A DNA stretch of 59,490 nucleotides, filler included, from Dugesia japonica (GCA_001938525.1; 4 parts of 4 records of this genome joined end to end with filler, not necessarily neighbours in it); one strand, 5' to 3'. Shown: positions 1 through 13,695, numbered from the whole stretch's first letter. Numbers and translations are program-made. The notes: generated from the letters alone by a model not told the origin.

Positions 1-499
1 CGAAAATATTTTATTCATATATACAAGACAAATCTTTCAGAAATTGTTCAATATTATAAATAAAAATGTGTCAACACTTGTATATCTTATATCTAGACCA
101 ATACAAATCTATAAATCCGGCGCATTCATTAACCCAATACAGCCAATAAACCTAGTACATTTAATGAACCCGATACATTCATTAAACCTATACATTCAAT
201 TATTTTACATATTTAACTTACATATTTTATTAAATGCTGTCTGTTATCTTAATCTAGTCGTTCACGTCAATCTATACAACCAATTAATTCATCAAATATG
301 CCTTATTTGTTCCATTAGACATAAATCTATAAGTAAAAGCATGATTTTTATTAAAATAAACACTAAGCTGAGTCTAATGTTTACTGAGAGTTAACATGAT
401 TTTAAAGTCTACCATCATAATCCATTACATCTTACAACTAATGATACAGTTAATCAATTTACATAATTATTTAATAAGTAATATAACAATTTTTGTCAA

Positions 500-1132
500 G
501 ACAAATACACGAATTAGCCAATGAGTACAGTGTGATACAGTAAACAAATGGGTACAGTAACCCAATAGGATTGAAACCAACAAATAGAGTAAGCAAATTA
601 GTAAAATAAACCAATGCAATACAGTAAATCAATATGTTACAGTAAACTAATGTGTAACAGTGAAACTGAAAATCACAGTAAAGTCTACGTGTTACAGTAA
701 AACCAGTGTAATATAGTAAAGTCAATCAATAGCACACTAAATACCAGATCGAATCAAATTGTTAAAATAAATTATTCGACTTATTACAAACTTCTCTAAT
801 TAATTTATGATTATCAATTCATCATTCTAATGAATATGTGTAAATTACAACCACCTACGTATCAATTGAGACATTAGTTTCAAATTTTTAAGTCTGNACT
901 TTATTTATATTATTTTTTAAAGTAAGCCCATATGATACAGTAAATTCACTGTGACACAGTAAAGCCTACGTGTTCTAATAAAACCAATGGATATAGTAAA
1001 CAAATGTGATACAGTAAAGCTCATGTGTTACAGTAAACTAATGTGTAACAGTAAAAACAATGGGCAGAGTAAGCCCTAGCTATAGAGTAAAAGCAATGTG
1101 ATAGAGTAAGCAAATAGGTGCAGTAAGCCCAT
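500..1132. repeat. Degenerate 17-18 bp tandem repeat (consensus ~TACAGTAAACCAATGTG), two blocks ~500-730 and ~920-1132
   Basis: Recurrent tacagtaaa/tatagtaaa/tagagtaa cores spaced ~17-18 nt apart. Confidence 0.8.
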
Positions 1133-1399
1133 GTATTTTTTCCAACAATAATATTTTCTTCATGATCTTTAATCACATATACGACAGGCTTCTGCTCGAT
1201 ATTAATCTTTGATATTTGAAATACTTCATCACTCCAATTATTATTGAAATTTTNNNNNNNNNNNNNNNNNNNNNNNNNNNNNNNNNNNNNNNNNNNNNNN
1301 NNNNNNNNNNNNNNNNNNNNNNNNNNNNNNNNNNNNNNNNNNNNNNNNNNNNNNNNNNNNNNNNNNNNNNNNNNNNNNNNNNNNNNNNNNNNNNACTTG

Positions 1400-2020
1400 T
1401 ATGACTATAACTGTTGATTACTTTCAGTAAAACATGTATCCAGGTTTTATTACTAGTATGTACAAAGTACTTTTTTTATTGCATTTCTCAATGTTCTATT
1501 AAATCTTTCTACGTATACTGTTTTGTATTGTAAAAATACAGAATAAAGATTAATTTTTAAATGATTTATAATATTCTCGACTTTTGAATTATAAAATTCT
1601 TTTCCTATATTTGCAAATTATCTGGATGACTGTCTTTAAACATTATCTTGATTCCAGCTTCGATTTCAATAGATGATTTTGATTTAATCTACTAAAAACA
1701 TCGATACATGTTAAAATATACTTGTATCCTTTATTAATTCATTTTCCTCAATTCCATATGTTTTATACGGTCTTGTTGGGAATCCTTTCAATATTGGCTT
1801 GTTCAGACTGTACACTAACTGGTTCGATAACCACTGTTTTGTCTCGCTTTTTGAACTTTTTGTTGTTTTCCTTTTCACTTCTTTGAACCCTGCTGGATAT
1901 TTTGGGTCTGTCCATATTGTTTTCATTACAACAGCTTCAGATAGATATCAAATAAATTCGTGACAATGACTCTAAATTATCAATTGTTTATAATAAATTT
2001 GTTATTCATAATGCTGCTAA
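1400..2020 (-). mobile_element. Polinton/Maverick integrase fragment (degenerate)
   Basis: MKTIWTDPKYPAGF...KQWLSNQLVYSLNKP...RPYKTYGI, then frameshifted NKGYKYILTCIDVF. Paralogous to 10900-11420 and 48770-49520. Confidence 0.85.
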
Positions 2021-2877
2021 TGAGTAGTGAGATATTTCCGCACTGCCGCACCCCCCTCCCCCCCTAGCCAGAAAAGATTTTTTCGTCAAATTTTTTGCGA
2101 CAAAATTTTTTTTGACTAAAATTATTTTTGAAACATTTTTTAAAAAATAACTCAAGGTCAATGTGTGTATGCTATCGATGTTTTAAAAAGTGGAAAGAAT
2201 GCGCGCAAGTATGCGTCGCAATGTTCTGCAATTATTTATTGAAAAATATTATCAAATCAATAAAATATTTGAATTTGAATTTAAATTTTAAAATTGTTTT
2301 TTTGAGATAGCAACTTGAAACTATTACCAATCGTCTTAAAATTAAAAGTTACCTATACATTGTCTAAAGTACTATGCTTGAAAAATGCTTCGTTTCGACT
2401 CCAAATATGTATCCGCTCTGCCGCACCCCCTCCCTCATTAGAGTTAAATAGGAAAATGTTACGAAAAAGGTTTAAAGTAATATAGATGTAGAATTTAATT
2501 TCAAGGCGATCTGTCATCTCGAAATTTTAAATTTCCGCTTACTTCCGGTTGAAAGAACGGTTTAAAAGAACAAAGCCTTTCTGTAGGCCGCCACAGACAC
2601 GTAAATCACCGCACCTTAATAGGAAAAAGATAGACAACTAAAACTTACCTATACACTGTCTAAAGCATTAATATGAAAAATTCATCGTTTATGTTATGCC
2701 TAATGTCTTTGTATTATATGTTTTCAAATTGCATTTTCTTTATTTAATTTGCATTTCAATTGTAACACAATCAATGTTCTGATAAAATTTTTAAAAAATG
2801 TTTTTAAAAATAAGATTTATTTAAATACAATGTTTTCATAACATCAATCGACGAATGAGTTTATTTTCGTTTGAAAT

Positions 2878-3177
2878 TCATGGGAATATTTCTAAAATAA
2901 TGTCCCGCATTATCCAGTATGGACATGGATTGGTTTCACACATTGATATTATTTCAAATTCACTTTCNAAAAGATCTAAAACTCTCTTGATATCAATCAA
3001 CTCTTTTTCAAGAACATAGTCCCAATATTCTTCTTCTTCCATCATTTTGGATTTTCCTTCGCATTCTGGAAGCATTTCATTTATTATTTGTCTTGCAAGT
3101 TCTGAAAAAATTGAATAATTAACTAATAATAAAACTTAACCTCGTTCAGATATTTCTTCTCCATTTCTTATAATCAT
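2878..3177 (-). CDS. Small acidic two-exon orphan protein (~86 aa) inside the TIR element
   Basis: Exon1 3177-3141 (MIIRNGEEISER), 39-nt GT..AG intron 3140-3102, exon2 3101-2878. Phase-1 join is in frame. TATATAAAA lies upstream. Confidence 0.6.
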
Positions 3178-3737
3178 TTTGAAATTATATGTAAANGGTA
3201 AAATAAAATGTTTTATATATAAATTTGTTGTAACACAACCTAACCAATCATCTAGATGTGCTTGCTTTGTTTAACTTGCATTTCTATTGCAATGCATTAT
3301 GTTATTTGCATCTAAACTGCATTGTCTNNNNNNNNNNNNNNNNNNNNNNNNNNNNNNNNNNNNNNNNNNNNNNNNNNAAAAGAACAAAGCCTTTCTGTAG
3401 GCCGCCACAGACACGTAAATCACCGCACCTTAATAGGAAAAAGATAGACAACTAAAACTTACCTATACACTGTCTAAAGCATTAATATGAAAAATTCATC
3501 GTTTATGTTATGCCTAATGTCTTTGTATTATATGNTTTCAAATTGCATTTTCTTTATTTAATTTGCATTTCAATTGTAACACAATCAATGTTCTGATAAA
3601 ATTTTTAAAAAGTCTTTTTAAAAATAAGATTTATTTAGATACAATGTTTTTTCCTTTGTAACGTCAATCGATGAATCAGTTAATTTGCGTTTCAAATTGA
3701 ACTTTTCTTTATTATTGCTCTCATGATATTTGAAAAA

Positions 3738-4101
3738 TCAATCTTGAACATCAATGAAATTCACTCCGGTTATATGTTTAATTTTTAACCAAAGCATATC
3801 AGGTTCGCAGTTTATGATATCGTCTCTCAATCTAGGAAATATGATTTCCAATGCATCTATAAGCAAATCCTTGATGAATACCTTAGATGATTCCTCAACC
3901 ATATCTTTATTACATTCTTCAAAATTCTCTTCAGTAGACTCTTCAGTACACTCAGTACAATCTTCATTACAATCATTAGCGAATTCTTCTATGTTCGCAA
4001 GTGTTTCTTCCTTTGTTTCTTTATCGTCCACTAAAAATTAAGACATATATTAGAAATTAAAAGTAACCAATTAAAAAATGGTTTAACGCACACATACACA
4101 T
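3738..4101 (-). CDS. Small acidic two-exon orphan protein inside the TIR element
   Basis: Possible exon1 4101-4068 (MCMCALNHFLI), 37-nt intron 4067-4031, exon2 4030-3738 (DDKETKEE...LEIIFPRL...). Shares an LEI(I)FP-like motif and duplicated 3' flank with the 2878 gene. Confidence 0.55.
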
Positions 4102-5455
4102 GAAATTACTTATATAAAGCATCGTTTGTGATTAAACTATTTTCAAATGGCTTTATCTCTTAAGAAAAGTGAATTATTGAATGAATTGGATATTGGTTTC
4201 CGCAATAACAAAGAATATGAAGAGGACTATATGAATAAAGTTAAATCATTGAAGATACCAGCTATTTTCTTTCCNNNNNNNNNNNNNNNNNNNNNNNNNN
4301 NNNNNNNNNNNNNNNNNNNNNNNNAAATGGTTTAACGCACACATACACATGAAATTACTTATATAAAGCATTGTTTTTGATTAAATTATTTTCAAATGGC
4401 TTTATCTCTTAAGCAAAGTGAATTATTGAATGAATTGGATATTGGTTTGCGCAATAACAAAGAATATGATTATTATTGCCTAATAACATTATAAAAAATT
4501 AATGTGAAATAATTTCTTTTGTATTAATTATTGTTTAATAAATTTTATAAAAAATGTTTTTACTTATTGTGATATTTTATATTTGAATAGTTTAAATCCA
4601 AAGTTTCCAAAATATTATCAATAATAGAATCCATATTCATTAATATTATTGCAAATTTGATTTTGTTTATAATAATGTCTTTTGTTTTTAAAATATTGCT
4701 TTGTATTGTATTCATATGTATTGCAATGTCATTGTTACACTTGCATGCTTAATGTTTTAAATAAAAGTTTGACTAATATTTAGAAGTACTACTTATTTAA
4801 CTTTATAAGTAATACTTATTAAAATTTTTCAAAGTTAAACATGGTAAAACTTCTATTTATATTTTAAAACCCATAGATAGGTTTTATTGCAATCAATATT
4901 TGTCGCCCTAATGAGGACCGATATACGTTCAGATTGTATTGGATGTTTCTTCATTTTTATTTCATTGATGGATCTCTTTTTAAAATACAAATAAAAATAA
5001 ATAATAACTTTAAAAAAAATACCTATACACATTAATACCTTTTCCTCAGGCAGCAACTTTTGATGAATTTAAAAAACTATAAAAAGAAATGATAATAAAA
5101 TAATTTAAAAATTAAATTTACCACTACGGAATCTATCTGAAACATATTGCTGCTAAATGTAAAATATTATATTTAAAATTTTAAAATTTAAATTCAAATT
5201 CAAATATTTTATTGATCCGATCATATTTTTCAAAAAATAATTACAGAACATTGCGACGTATACTCGCGCGCATCTTTTCCTCTTTTTAAAACATCGATAG
5301 CATACACACATTGACCTTGAGTTACTTTTTAAAAAATTTTGTCGAAAAAAAGTTTTTGTCAAAAAAAATCTTTGTCGCAAAAAAAAATTGACGAAAAGTT
5401 TTTTTCTGGCTAGGGGGGGGAGGGGTGTGCGGTAGTTCGGACATATCTCACTACT

Positions 5456-6540
5456 CATATTGATTGCTGAAATTCTTTTCACGAAGAGCATGTTGAATTA
5501 ATCGAAAAAGATGGTAATCACTTGGTGCGATGTCTGGTTAGAATGGCGGGTGAGGTAAAGCTTCCCACCGAAATTCTGCTATTGTATTCCTCACTAAAAT
5601 CAAAGTGTGTGGTCGAGAATTATCATGTTGTAAAAACACCATCTAATGTCTATTGGAATAGTCACACCCTTTTTCGTGTAATGCTTGCCTCAATTTTATT
5701 AATTGCTGCTGATAATGCCGACCATCAACCGTTTTACGTTTGTTGAGAAGCTTAAAATAAATAATCTCCCTTTGATCTCAGAAAATGGATAAAATCATCG
5801 TGTTTCCATGCAAGTCTCATTTTGGTGTTGATTTTCTGGGTTAACCAGGCTTCACCCATGATTTTCTTAGTTTCTGATTTTCAGAAGATATCCATTTTTC
5901 ATCACAAGTAACAATAAGATGTAAAATGAAATATTTCCTTTGCCTACTGAGCAGCATCTGACAAATTTCTAAATGTACTGCAATATCTGCTTCTTTAAAT
6001 TGATGAGGCAACCACTCACGACTTTCTGTTTGTATCTAATGGCTTTTAATCGTCTGTTTATGATAGATTTATTTACATTAATGAATTTTGACGTTGCTTC
6101 AATTGTTTCGGATTGATCTTTGATCAAAACCTTTTCCAAATCTTCATTTGAAAAGCGCTTTGGTTGACCTAAACGTTGTTTATCCTGCAAATCAAAGTCA
6201 CCCATTTTGCATTGCCGAAACCATTCTCGACAGCATATTTCAGACATAGCAAGGTTGCCATAAACCTCGGAAAGCATTGTTTGACGTTCTGCAGCAGTTA
6301 TTTTGAGATGAAAACAAAAAAGCAACACCTCCTGCAAATCTGCGTTTTTTAGAATAAAACTAGTCATATTAAATGGATCTATTTTCGTTTGCTGTACAAC
6401 TTAACTAAATAATATACAATTATTTTAACATTTAAATATTAATACTTAACGAATCTTACCGATTGATTTAAATTAACGCTGAAATATTTAATGAGTTAGT
6501 TAATTAAAACAAACAGCGAGAATTAATGTAACTACCTAAT
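5456..6540 (-). mobile_element. Mariner (DD34D) transposon, degenerate, 3' end truncated
   Basis: N-terminal HTH (ORF 5969-6367), VTCDEKWI, HDNSRPH and PDIAPSDYHLF motifs on the minus strand. TA+TTAGGT terminus near 6540. Confidence 0.92.
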
Positions 6541-7999
6541 ATATATAGCACAANGTGAAATCATAGCACAGTATATAGTGTAGATTATCCAGCACAGCGC
6601 AACACAGTAGAGTTAAGATGATGATGTACCAGCGTAAACCCAGCACAGTATATAGCTTAGATTACCTAGCACNNNNNNNNNNNNNNNNNNNNNNNNNNNN
6701 NNNNNNNNNNNNNNNNACTCACCACAACAAGGGTTTATATAGCAATATTAATAACTAGCAAACAATATCTCAACAATATTATTATTATGATTATTATTAT
6801 TTATTAGTATTATTATTTTCATTATTATTAATTATTAAGTACTTGTCTCTTTTAAATAACATTTTATCTATAAAGTTTGACGATTTTAAGTTTACATATT
6901 CTTACTCAACTTAACATTTTCTATCGAATAGATGTTTTAATGTTCATGTTTGAGTTACTTTTTTATTTTTCGGAATAAGTTACCATATCCGAGAGAACAG
7001 TTGTATATATTTGTTAGGAAGTACTTTTGCCGAGACAATATTTTAACTTTATCCAGTTAGTTCTTCCTTCTAAGTTAAATAATACTAAATTTAGGTCCAT
7101 AACAGTTCTCAGCGCACAGAAGTCTGAAAATGTAAAAAACTTTGTCTATTTCCGCAAATAATTCAACTCAAACAGACGAACCTGAGGAAATTATTACCCA
7201 AAATCATAGAAATTTGACCCTTGTGAGTAAATAATCAACCAATTTTGTCCATACCGAGGAAATGTCTTGCAAAATCATCTAAAAATCAACCTTCTCGAAG
7301 AATGGTCCTATCCAAAAAATTCAAATAATTCGGTAAACTAGTGAAAATACGAACAAAAGTTATGTAATGCAGATGAATTTATTCATCGCCTAAAAAGCCA
7401 AATTCGTGTAGAATTAATCTATTATGTAATAATCTTGCTAACTGTTACGTAATACACACAAATTTGTGTCGCCACCTATTTACATTAGAAAAGTTATGTA
7501 ATAATTTTGCTCACAGGGAAAGTATTTGTGGTTTGTGACAGTGCGCTACTATCTATCGACTAGGACATTCAATATTTATTTAATAAAAATCATCGTTGAT
7601 AAGGTCTAATAATTTTTATAATTGAACATACTCTTTCACTAATTGCTGGACATAACCATTGATCGTTTTTCAGAATTCATTTAAAATAAAAATTTTGTTA
7701 TTTTGGTTTTCGATAATAATTCTATTTTTCGACTTTACCTACACCAGGAACTGACTTTTATCAATATATAATTATATAAATAACATATTAAATTATATGA
7801 GTACTTGTTATCTACAATAAGACTTGTTATAACCTACAAAATTTATGATTCTAAAACCTAAATGTTTTACATATACTGTAAAACAAAAATGAATTATCGA
7901 ATGTCAGAATTTTACAATACTAGTGCAAATTTTGTGTCCGATTAAATTATTAAAAAATTTTGAAATTTCCACAATGAGCTTTTAATAAATAAGCATAAC

Positions 8000-8480
8000 A
8001 AAATCACACCAAATCAAAAATGAAGCTAAAACCAATTAGAACATTTAAAAATCATTCAAAAGAGCTTGTAAATCATAATCAAGATAATCAATAATTTAAA
8101 TTTGATTTTAAAATGCGAAATGAAAACTTTAAATGATTAAGTGAAAAAAATAATTAAGTAAATATTTCCAATACTTTGATATCATCATGAAATTCCAAAG
8201 TTTTACTTTTCAAATGTTTATTACCAAAGCCAAAAGATTATTTAAAAATAAATTATAGATTTCTTAAATATAGAGTTTTACTAGGTCTAACCACTAAAAT
8301 TGTAGCACTTTTTTCCTTTATTCTAATTTTGTTTTGAAAACTTTCTGCCTTTTTGAAATCTGGTCTTCGCTGATTGATTAATATCGAAATCCGTAGCAAA
8401 TACAAATTTAAAGTATATATCTATGTTATTAAACTCTTCAAGTGCTATTCTACAATTCATATTCTTGTTTATATATCACA
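8000..8480 (-). pseudogene. Possible Polinton adenain-type protease remnant
   Basis: Only weak frameshifted YF..SFG and DLQ remnants. Position downstream of the capsid gene is consistent. Confidence 0.3.
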
Positions 8481-8499
8481 TATATTTTTAACTACTGAA

Positions 8500-9480
8500 T
8501 GCATGTTTAATGTGCTGTAATTATCATTTTCAAAGTCTTGAGTATATGATTCTCTGTACTCACTTTTTTATAGAGTCATAGATATGACATTCAAATGATC
8601 ACACTTTGTGCTTCCTGTTTTTAAGTGTCCATTATATCGATATATGCTTTAAAATGTTACCAACATAAAGTTTGATAATTAACGATTTCCAAAGATCTGC
8701 TCCTTGTAAAACATTGTAGTATATCTTTACTTATTGAATAAGTTTTTATCTCCTTTGTTCTAATTGGATGAACCAAATTTTGCTTACCAAAACCTAATTT
8801 AATGACTTGTTAGTACATATGATCCAACTCAAACTTTACTAACCATTAATTTGGCATCAGGTAATATCAATTTTGGTTCCTCAGTTTCAGTTTCTAAATC
8901 CATTCTGCTATAGGCTGCTCTCTTCATTTGAATGTGAACATTAACACATGGAATAAGATATTTTGGTTGATCCATGAAATACAGTTTTAAAGAATTACAT
9001 AAAGACAACGACATTGATAATTTAATTGACTTTTGTTTATCATCTTTATCTCCATAACCAATTGCTTCAAGACAAATGTTCTTATTATCTCTATTATAAT
9101 TCAAAACAGTTTTAATCATAGCTTTTTGAATATAATTTTCATTACCCCTGTTAAAAGAACAGCAACTTTTAACAGAGTACGAAGCACAAAGTTGCTTACT
9201 ACTACATCAGACTTTTTACACAAGTCTTTTCCAACTTTACTAACAATCTTTACTTGTACATACAATAAAGTACATATGATAATATCCAGATAATATCTTT
9301 GCGATTCATTTATAAAAAACTATGCATCACTTCTCCTTTCAGAAATTGAATTTATTGAACTTATCCTCAAATAATCCATATTCAATAATACCTTGAAAAG
9401 TTAGACGATCACAAATACATAGTTTAGTTTTACCCAAAATCCTTTATCAAATATAGTTACATAGTCATATATTAGTTTCT
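8500..9480 (-). mobile_element. Polinton major capsid protein (hexon-like) pseudogene fragment
   Basis: FMDQPKYLIPCVNVHIQMKR...KLILPDAKLMVSKV resembles the conserved F.Q.K.L..GV...I.L.R...K..I..A.L.V.KV segment of Polinton MCPs. Confidence 0.7.
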
Positions 9481-9799
9481 TCATACTTGAATATTTAGGC
9501 GTTATTCCAGCACCAGCTCCAAAACGTCTAAAAATAAGCAAAGCAAATTGATAAATTTTTGCAACCATCCAGATTCAAACTGTTTTCCTATAAAGTACGA
9601 AATTCTTCACCAGGTTGTCTAGTACTATAAAGTTTAATAATATCGAGATTATGCATTCATTTTTCAAAAATATAGGATTGAATGAGTTTTTCAGCCTTGA
9701 GCAAAGTTAATTAATTCTCCACTGTCATCCGTATACATAAAGTGGTAACTAGTTAATATATTTTAATTTTGACTATTATCTAAGCTAATTGATTATTTT

Positions 9800-10030
9800 A
9801 CAATAGCAACTATTGCGAGAATAATTGTTGGACATAACCATTGATCGTTTTATAGAATTCAGTTAATATAAAAGCTTTGATCAAAAGTTTGGTTTTTTAT
9901 TAATATTGGATAACAATTCATAACAAAAAAGTCCATTACTGACAAATACAAGGTCGAAATATCGAATTGTTATCCAATATCAATAAAAATAACCAAAACT
10001 TTGATCAAAGTTTTTATATTAAATGAATGC
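9800..10030 (+). repeat. Dispersed ~220-bp repeat with ~65-bp internal inverted arms and a degenerate hammerhead core
   Basis: Related copies at ~7640-7760, 36208-36410, 47790-47985 and 57880-58010. Arms ~9858-9920 and ~9964-10027. Confidence 0.8.
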
Positions 10031-10899
10031 TTAATTATCTTCATAATTCTCCAACCATGCACATTTCAACAAAGAAACATTAAAATCGCCAACAATTATA
10101 GGTTCAACAATATTACTAAAAATAAACATTTGATAAGGATTATTCATTAATTTTGGATATTTAACACCAATGAATTCAGTGTAAACTATATTTCTATTAT
10201 TACGGGTAAATGTTTATCTGACTAATTCCAGTGATTTTGCCAAAAAACTAACCTTTTCAACAACGAAAATCGAGATAACTCGTCATTTTTAAGGGTTTTG
10301 AAAATATACTTGCATATTTTTGTAATTAAACGACTAAATTTATTCAAATTTGATATGTTATATTCGTTTTGTAAAAATAGGAATTTATTAGTTTCTATTG
10401 AAAACACTAATTTTATTTTCATAACATTAATCAAATCATCGTTTTTAAAGTCGTGATATTGTATGGTAGAATCTGAATATATTTNNNNNNNNNNNNNNNN
10501 NNNNTTCATTTTTTAAAGTATTAAATACAAGTTTTTTGGAATCTTCGAAATGTTCAAATATTACAACATAATCATGATGTTTTAATGTGATTAACACTTA
10601 TTGTAAATAATCAATTAAATAAAAACCAGCATCATGAACCAACAATGTTTTTCTTAGTTATTAATTATAATTTCTACATTCCTCTCATAATCATTACCAG
10701 TTACATATTTGATGTATGATTTGTTATATAATTGAAAGGTTAAATATATAAAGGTAAAGTCCATCAAAGCTAATATTCTTTCTTTATTCAAGTAAATATG
10801 TTTTTCAAGTGCAACAATGAATCTAATTACTTTGTTATCGAAATGAATATGTGTAAAACTCGATATTATTCGTTTTTTTCATTTTCTTTCTTTTTCTTT

Positions 10900-11420
10900 G
10901 TTGACTTTACCATTTGAGATGCTGATATAATATAATACAAAGTACATTTTCAATGCATATCTCAATGCCCGATAAAATCTTTCAACATATACTGCTCTGT
11001 ATTATAAAAATACTGAATAATGGTTAATTTTGAAAAGTAAAACGATATTTTAACTTAAAAGCATTTAACTTTAAAAATATTTTGATGACAGCTTCCATTT
11101 TATTAACATATTTTGATTTTATCGGTACAGCTCTTATAAATCTATTAAATACATCAACACGTGATAAAATATACTTGTATCCCTTATTAATTTTCGAATA
11201 AATTACATTTTCATCAAATTTATTTGTCATAAATCATCAATACTAAAGGTTTTATACAGTCTTGCTTGAAATCCTTTCAACATTGACTTAGTCAGACTGA
11301 ACACTAACTGGTTTAATGACCCAATTTTAAACTCGCTTTTCAAATTTTGTATTGCTTTCCATAGTTTTCTACTCTTTTAAAACCAGCTTAATTTTTTGTG
11401 TCTGTCCATATTGTTTTGAT
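10900..11420 (-). mobile_element. Polinton integrase fragment (degenerate)
   Basis: INKGYKYILSRVDVFNRFIRAVPIKSK, plus an upstream WV..QLVFSL..RLYKTFSIDD segment. Confidence 0.85.
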
Positions 11421-11491
11421 TTTGTACATTACAACAATTTGATATAAACTTGAGATAAATTCCTGAGAATGAATCCAAGTTATCCATTGTT

Positions 11492-11807
11492 TATGTAAAA
11501 TTTAATAGTTCTAATGCTGCTAATGCAATTGGAAATAATGCAGCAAGGAATCCACTCTTTTGTGTATACATTATTTTTCTTATTAATTTCCTATTTTGTG
11601 TATTTACAAGTTAAAGCAATGACCTTTCATTACGTTGTAATGATAATTTTTTCTTTTTGCTGATATTACCACAAAAAATATTCAAAAAATTCTCTAGCAA
11701 AATCATCTATAATAAACCTTGGAAATGAATCTAACGATTTCTATGTTGACCTTTTTGAAACCCTTAGCAATACATTAAAATACGGAAGACTTTGTTTAAA
11801 TGTCATA
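11492..11807 (-). pseudogene. Polinton basic core-like protein with Q-x-(G/S)-G-F-L motif and amphipathic tail
   Basis: MTFKQSLPYFNVLL...RKIMYTQKSGFLAALFPIALAALELLNFT*, directly upstream of the integrase. Contains stops and a frameshift. Confidence 0.6.
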
Positions 11808-12937
11808 ATATTTTTTTAAATACAAACATGTAGATTGTTTATATCTTGATCCATTTTCAATTAACATTTGAAAGTTACTTGNNNNNNNNNNNNNNNNNNN
11901 NNNNNNNNNNNNNNNNNNNNNNNNNNNNNNNNNNNNNNNNNNNNNNNNNNNNNNNNNNNNNNNNNTTTTTTTGTTTCCTGTTCTTTATAGCCAGCTTTTT
12001 ATCTTACATTTTTGAATTACTTCTGTTTTACAAACTGTGATTATTTACTTGATCAACTATATTCGTTTGATTAAAGCATCCGATGTATCTATTGAAAGAA
12101 TGAAGAAAGTTATTTTAATGCCTTATAGTCAACCCTATAATTCACTTTGAGTATAATCAATACAACCAAAACCTTGTTAATTATCCACATATTTTTACCT
12201 TAATATATAAGTTTCCTTTGAAAAAAGACATCTTCATGTGCTTTATCAACCCATTAATCATTAACTTATAATATAAATGTATTCTTTCATTCATTAAAAT
12301 TCTAACCAATTACTCATGAACCTAAGGTTTACTTTTGAAATTAATTAATTAATTTCAAAGGTAAATATTAGGTTCATGATTAAAAGAAATTTTATTCAAT
12401 CAATTAAAATATAGAATCAACATATACAAAACTTTAAATAAAACTTATAAATTCAATACACTAAGTAATTATAATAAACGAATAAAGATTAAAATAACTT
12501 AATTGAAAATAAAAATTATCTTTATTTGAATTTAATTTTAGAACTATCCTTATTTATTTTAGTATTTACTGAATGTAAAACCATAAATTGCAAAGATTTT
12601 TCTTCTTTATAATTAAATTTTAATTTTAAAAGCTTAAATTTTCACTTCTTTTTTAAAAACGTTTGTTTTGAGAACTTTTTATTTTCACATCATTTATGTT
12701 ATCTACGCACTCGTATTTTAAATAATACAATTTTAATATTTACAAATGAAAACTGGTTATATACAATTAATTTATTTTAAATAATTGAAATATAATTAAT
12801 AATTATTTTAATAATAATTCAAAAGAAAAAAGAATAATAAACAAGAGGCAAAAATAATTAGTAAAAAGGATAAAAATTCAATCAACAATAATCTAAAAAA
12901 TTGAAATTATCATAGCCTCTAACAAAGGCCATGTTTT

Positions 12938-13453
12938 TCATCTTAATAAAGAAGCAAAGACGGATTCACAGTTAAAATCTCTATTCTTGATGTTGATCAT
13001 ATGCAAGGCAAGATCTTTTTTGGGCACAATGTAAGATTTGCTATTTCCCTTATTTAATGATTTTTTCGACCCTTGGTACTCTGAGTGGCTAGCGGCACCA
13101 GAGATTTTCTCTTGTGTAACCAGACTTGCTGACCTCGGGTGCTCTGAGAGAGTGGCGGCAACAGAGACCTTTTCTTGCGTAACCACAGTATTCTCAATAG
13201 TAATAAAAGTAGTTGCTGCCTGTTTGACGCAGGCAACATTATGCAGATTAAGATCAGTCGCAATTTCTACTATATGACCAACCATCACTTTGGAGATATT
13301 ATCCAGATTAGAGCAGTTGGTTGCTAAAATCCTTTGGTCCTTGGAAATAAATGTAAGAACATCCTTTTTCTTGCCAGCTATACTGAAAATACCTTTCTCA
13401 AAATTTGAAAGGAACTGTAACAAAATTCTTGCCAAATCCTGATTTTGATACAT
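12938..13453 (-). CDS. Orphan 171-aa ORF with internal 20-aa duplication, probably TE-derived
   Basis: Longest gap-free ORF in the track. VVTQEKVSVAATLSEHPRS and LVTQEKISGAASHSEYQGS repeat. Confidence 0.35.
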   Translation of the reverse strand: MYQNQDLARILLQFLSNFEKGIFSIAGKKKDVLTFISKDQRILATNCSNLDNISKVMVGHIVEIATDLNLHNVACVKQAATTFITIENTVVTQEKVSVAATLSEHPRSASLVTQEKISGAASHSEYQGSKKSLNKGNSKSYIVPKKDLALHMINIKNRDFNCESVFASLLR

Positions 13454-13571
13454 AATATGGCTATTAAATCTGTCACAGCCACTTTGGAATTTTGCATCCA
13501 GTTTAGAAAGAAATTTAACGGTTTTGTCACCTGTTGGTGTGGTACTCCAGATTTATCCTTACAGTAAATTG

Positions 13572-13695
13572 TGCTCACTATACTGTAGCATATTACAAGA
13601 ATTGTACGCACGACACTCTGGCATATATTGATAAGGAAGCTCACTATACTGTGGCATATGAGGATAAAATTGCTCACTGTACTGTGGCGTATATA
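13572..13695. repeat. 33-bp tandem repeat x4
   Basis: gctcactatactgtggcatat-type unit repeated every 33 nt. Confidence 0.8.

Larger units (their letters stand above)
2023..5455. mobile_element. Non-autonomous Polinton/Maverick-type element bounded by ~275-bp TIRs starting AGTAGT
   Basis: 2023-~2296 and ~5177-5455 are inverted copies (AGTAGTGAGATAT...ATATCTCACTACT). AGTAGT is a typical Polinton terminus. No matching 6-bp TSD (ctaatg vs catatt). Confidence 0.7.

Noticed and set aside
500-1132. Regularly spaced repeats as a possible CRISPR array
   Set aside because: Tandem degenerate units without unique spacers, in eukaryotic context, with no cas genes.
5522-5746. 74-aa plus-strand ORF
   Set aside because: Antisense shadow of the mariner transposase.
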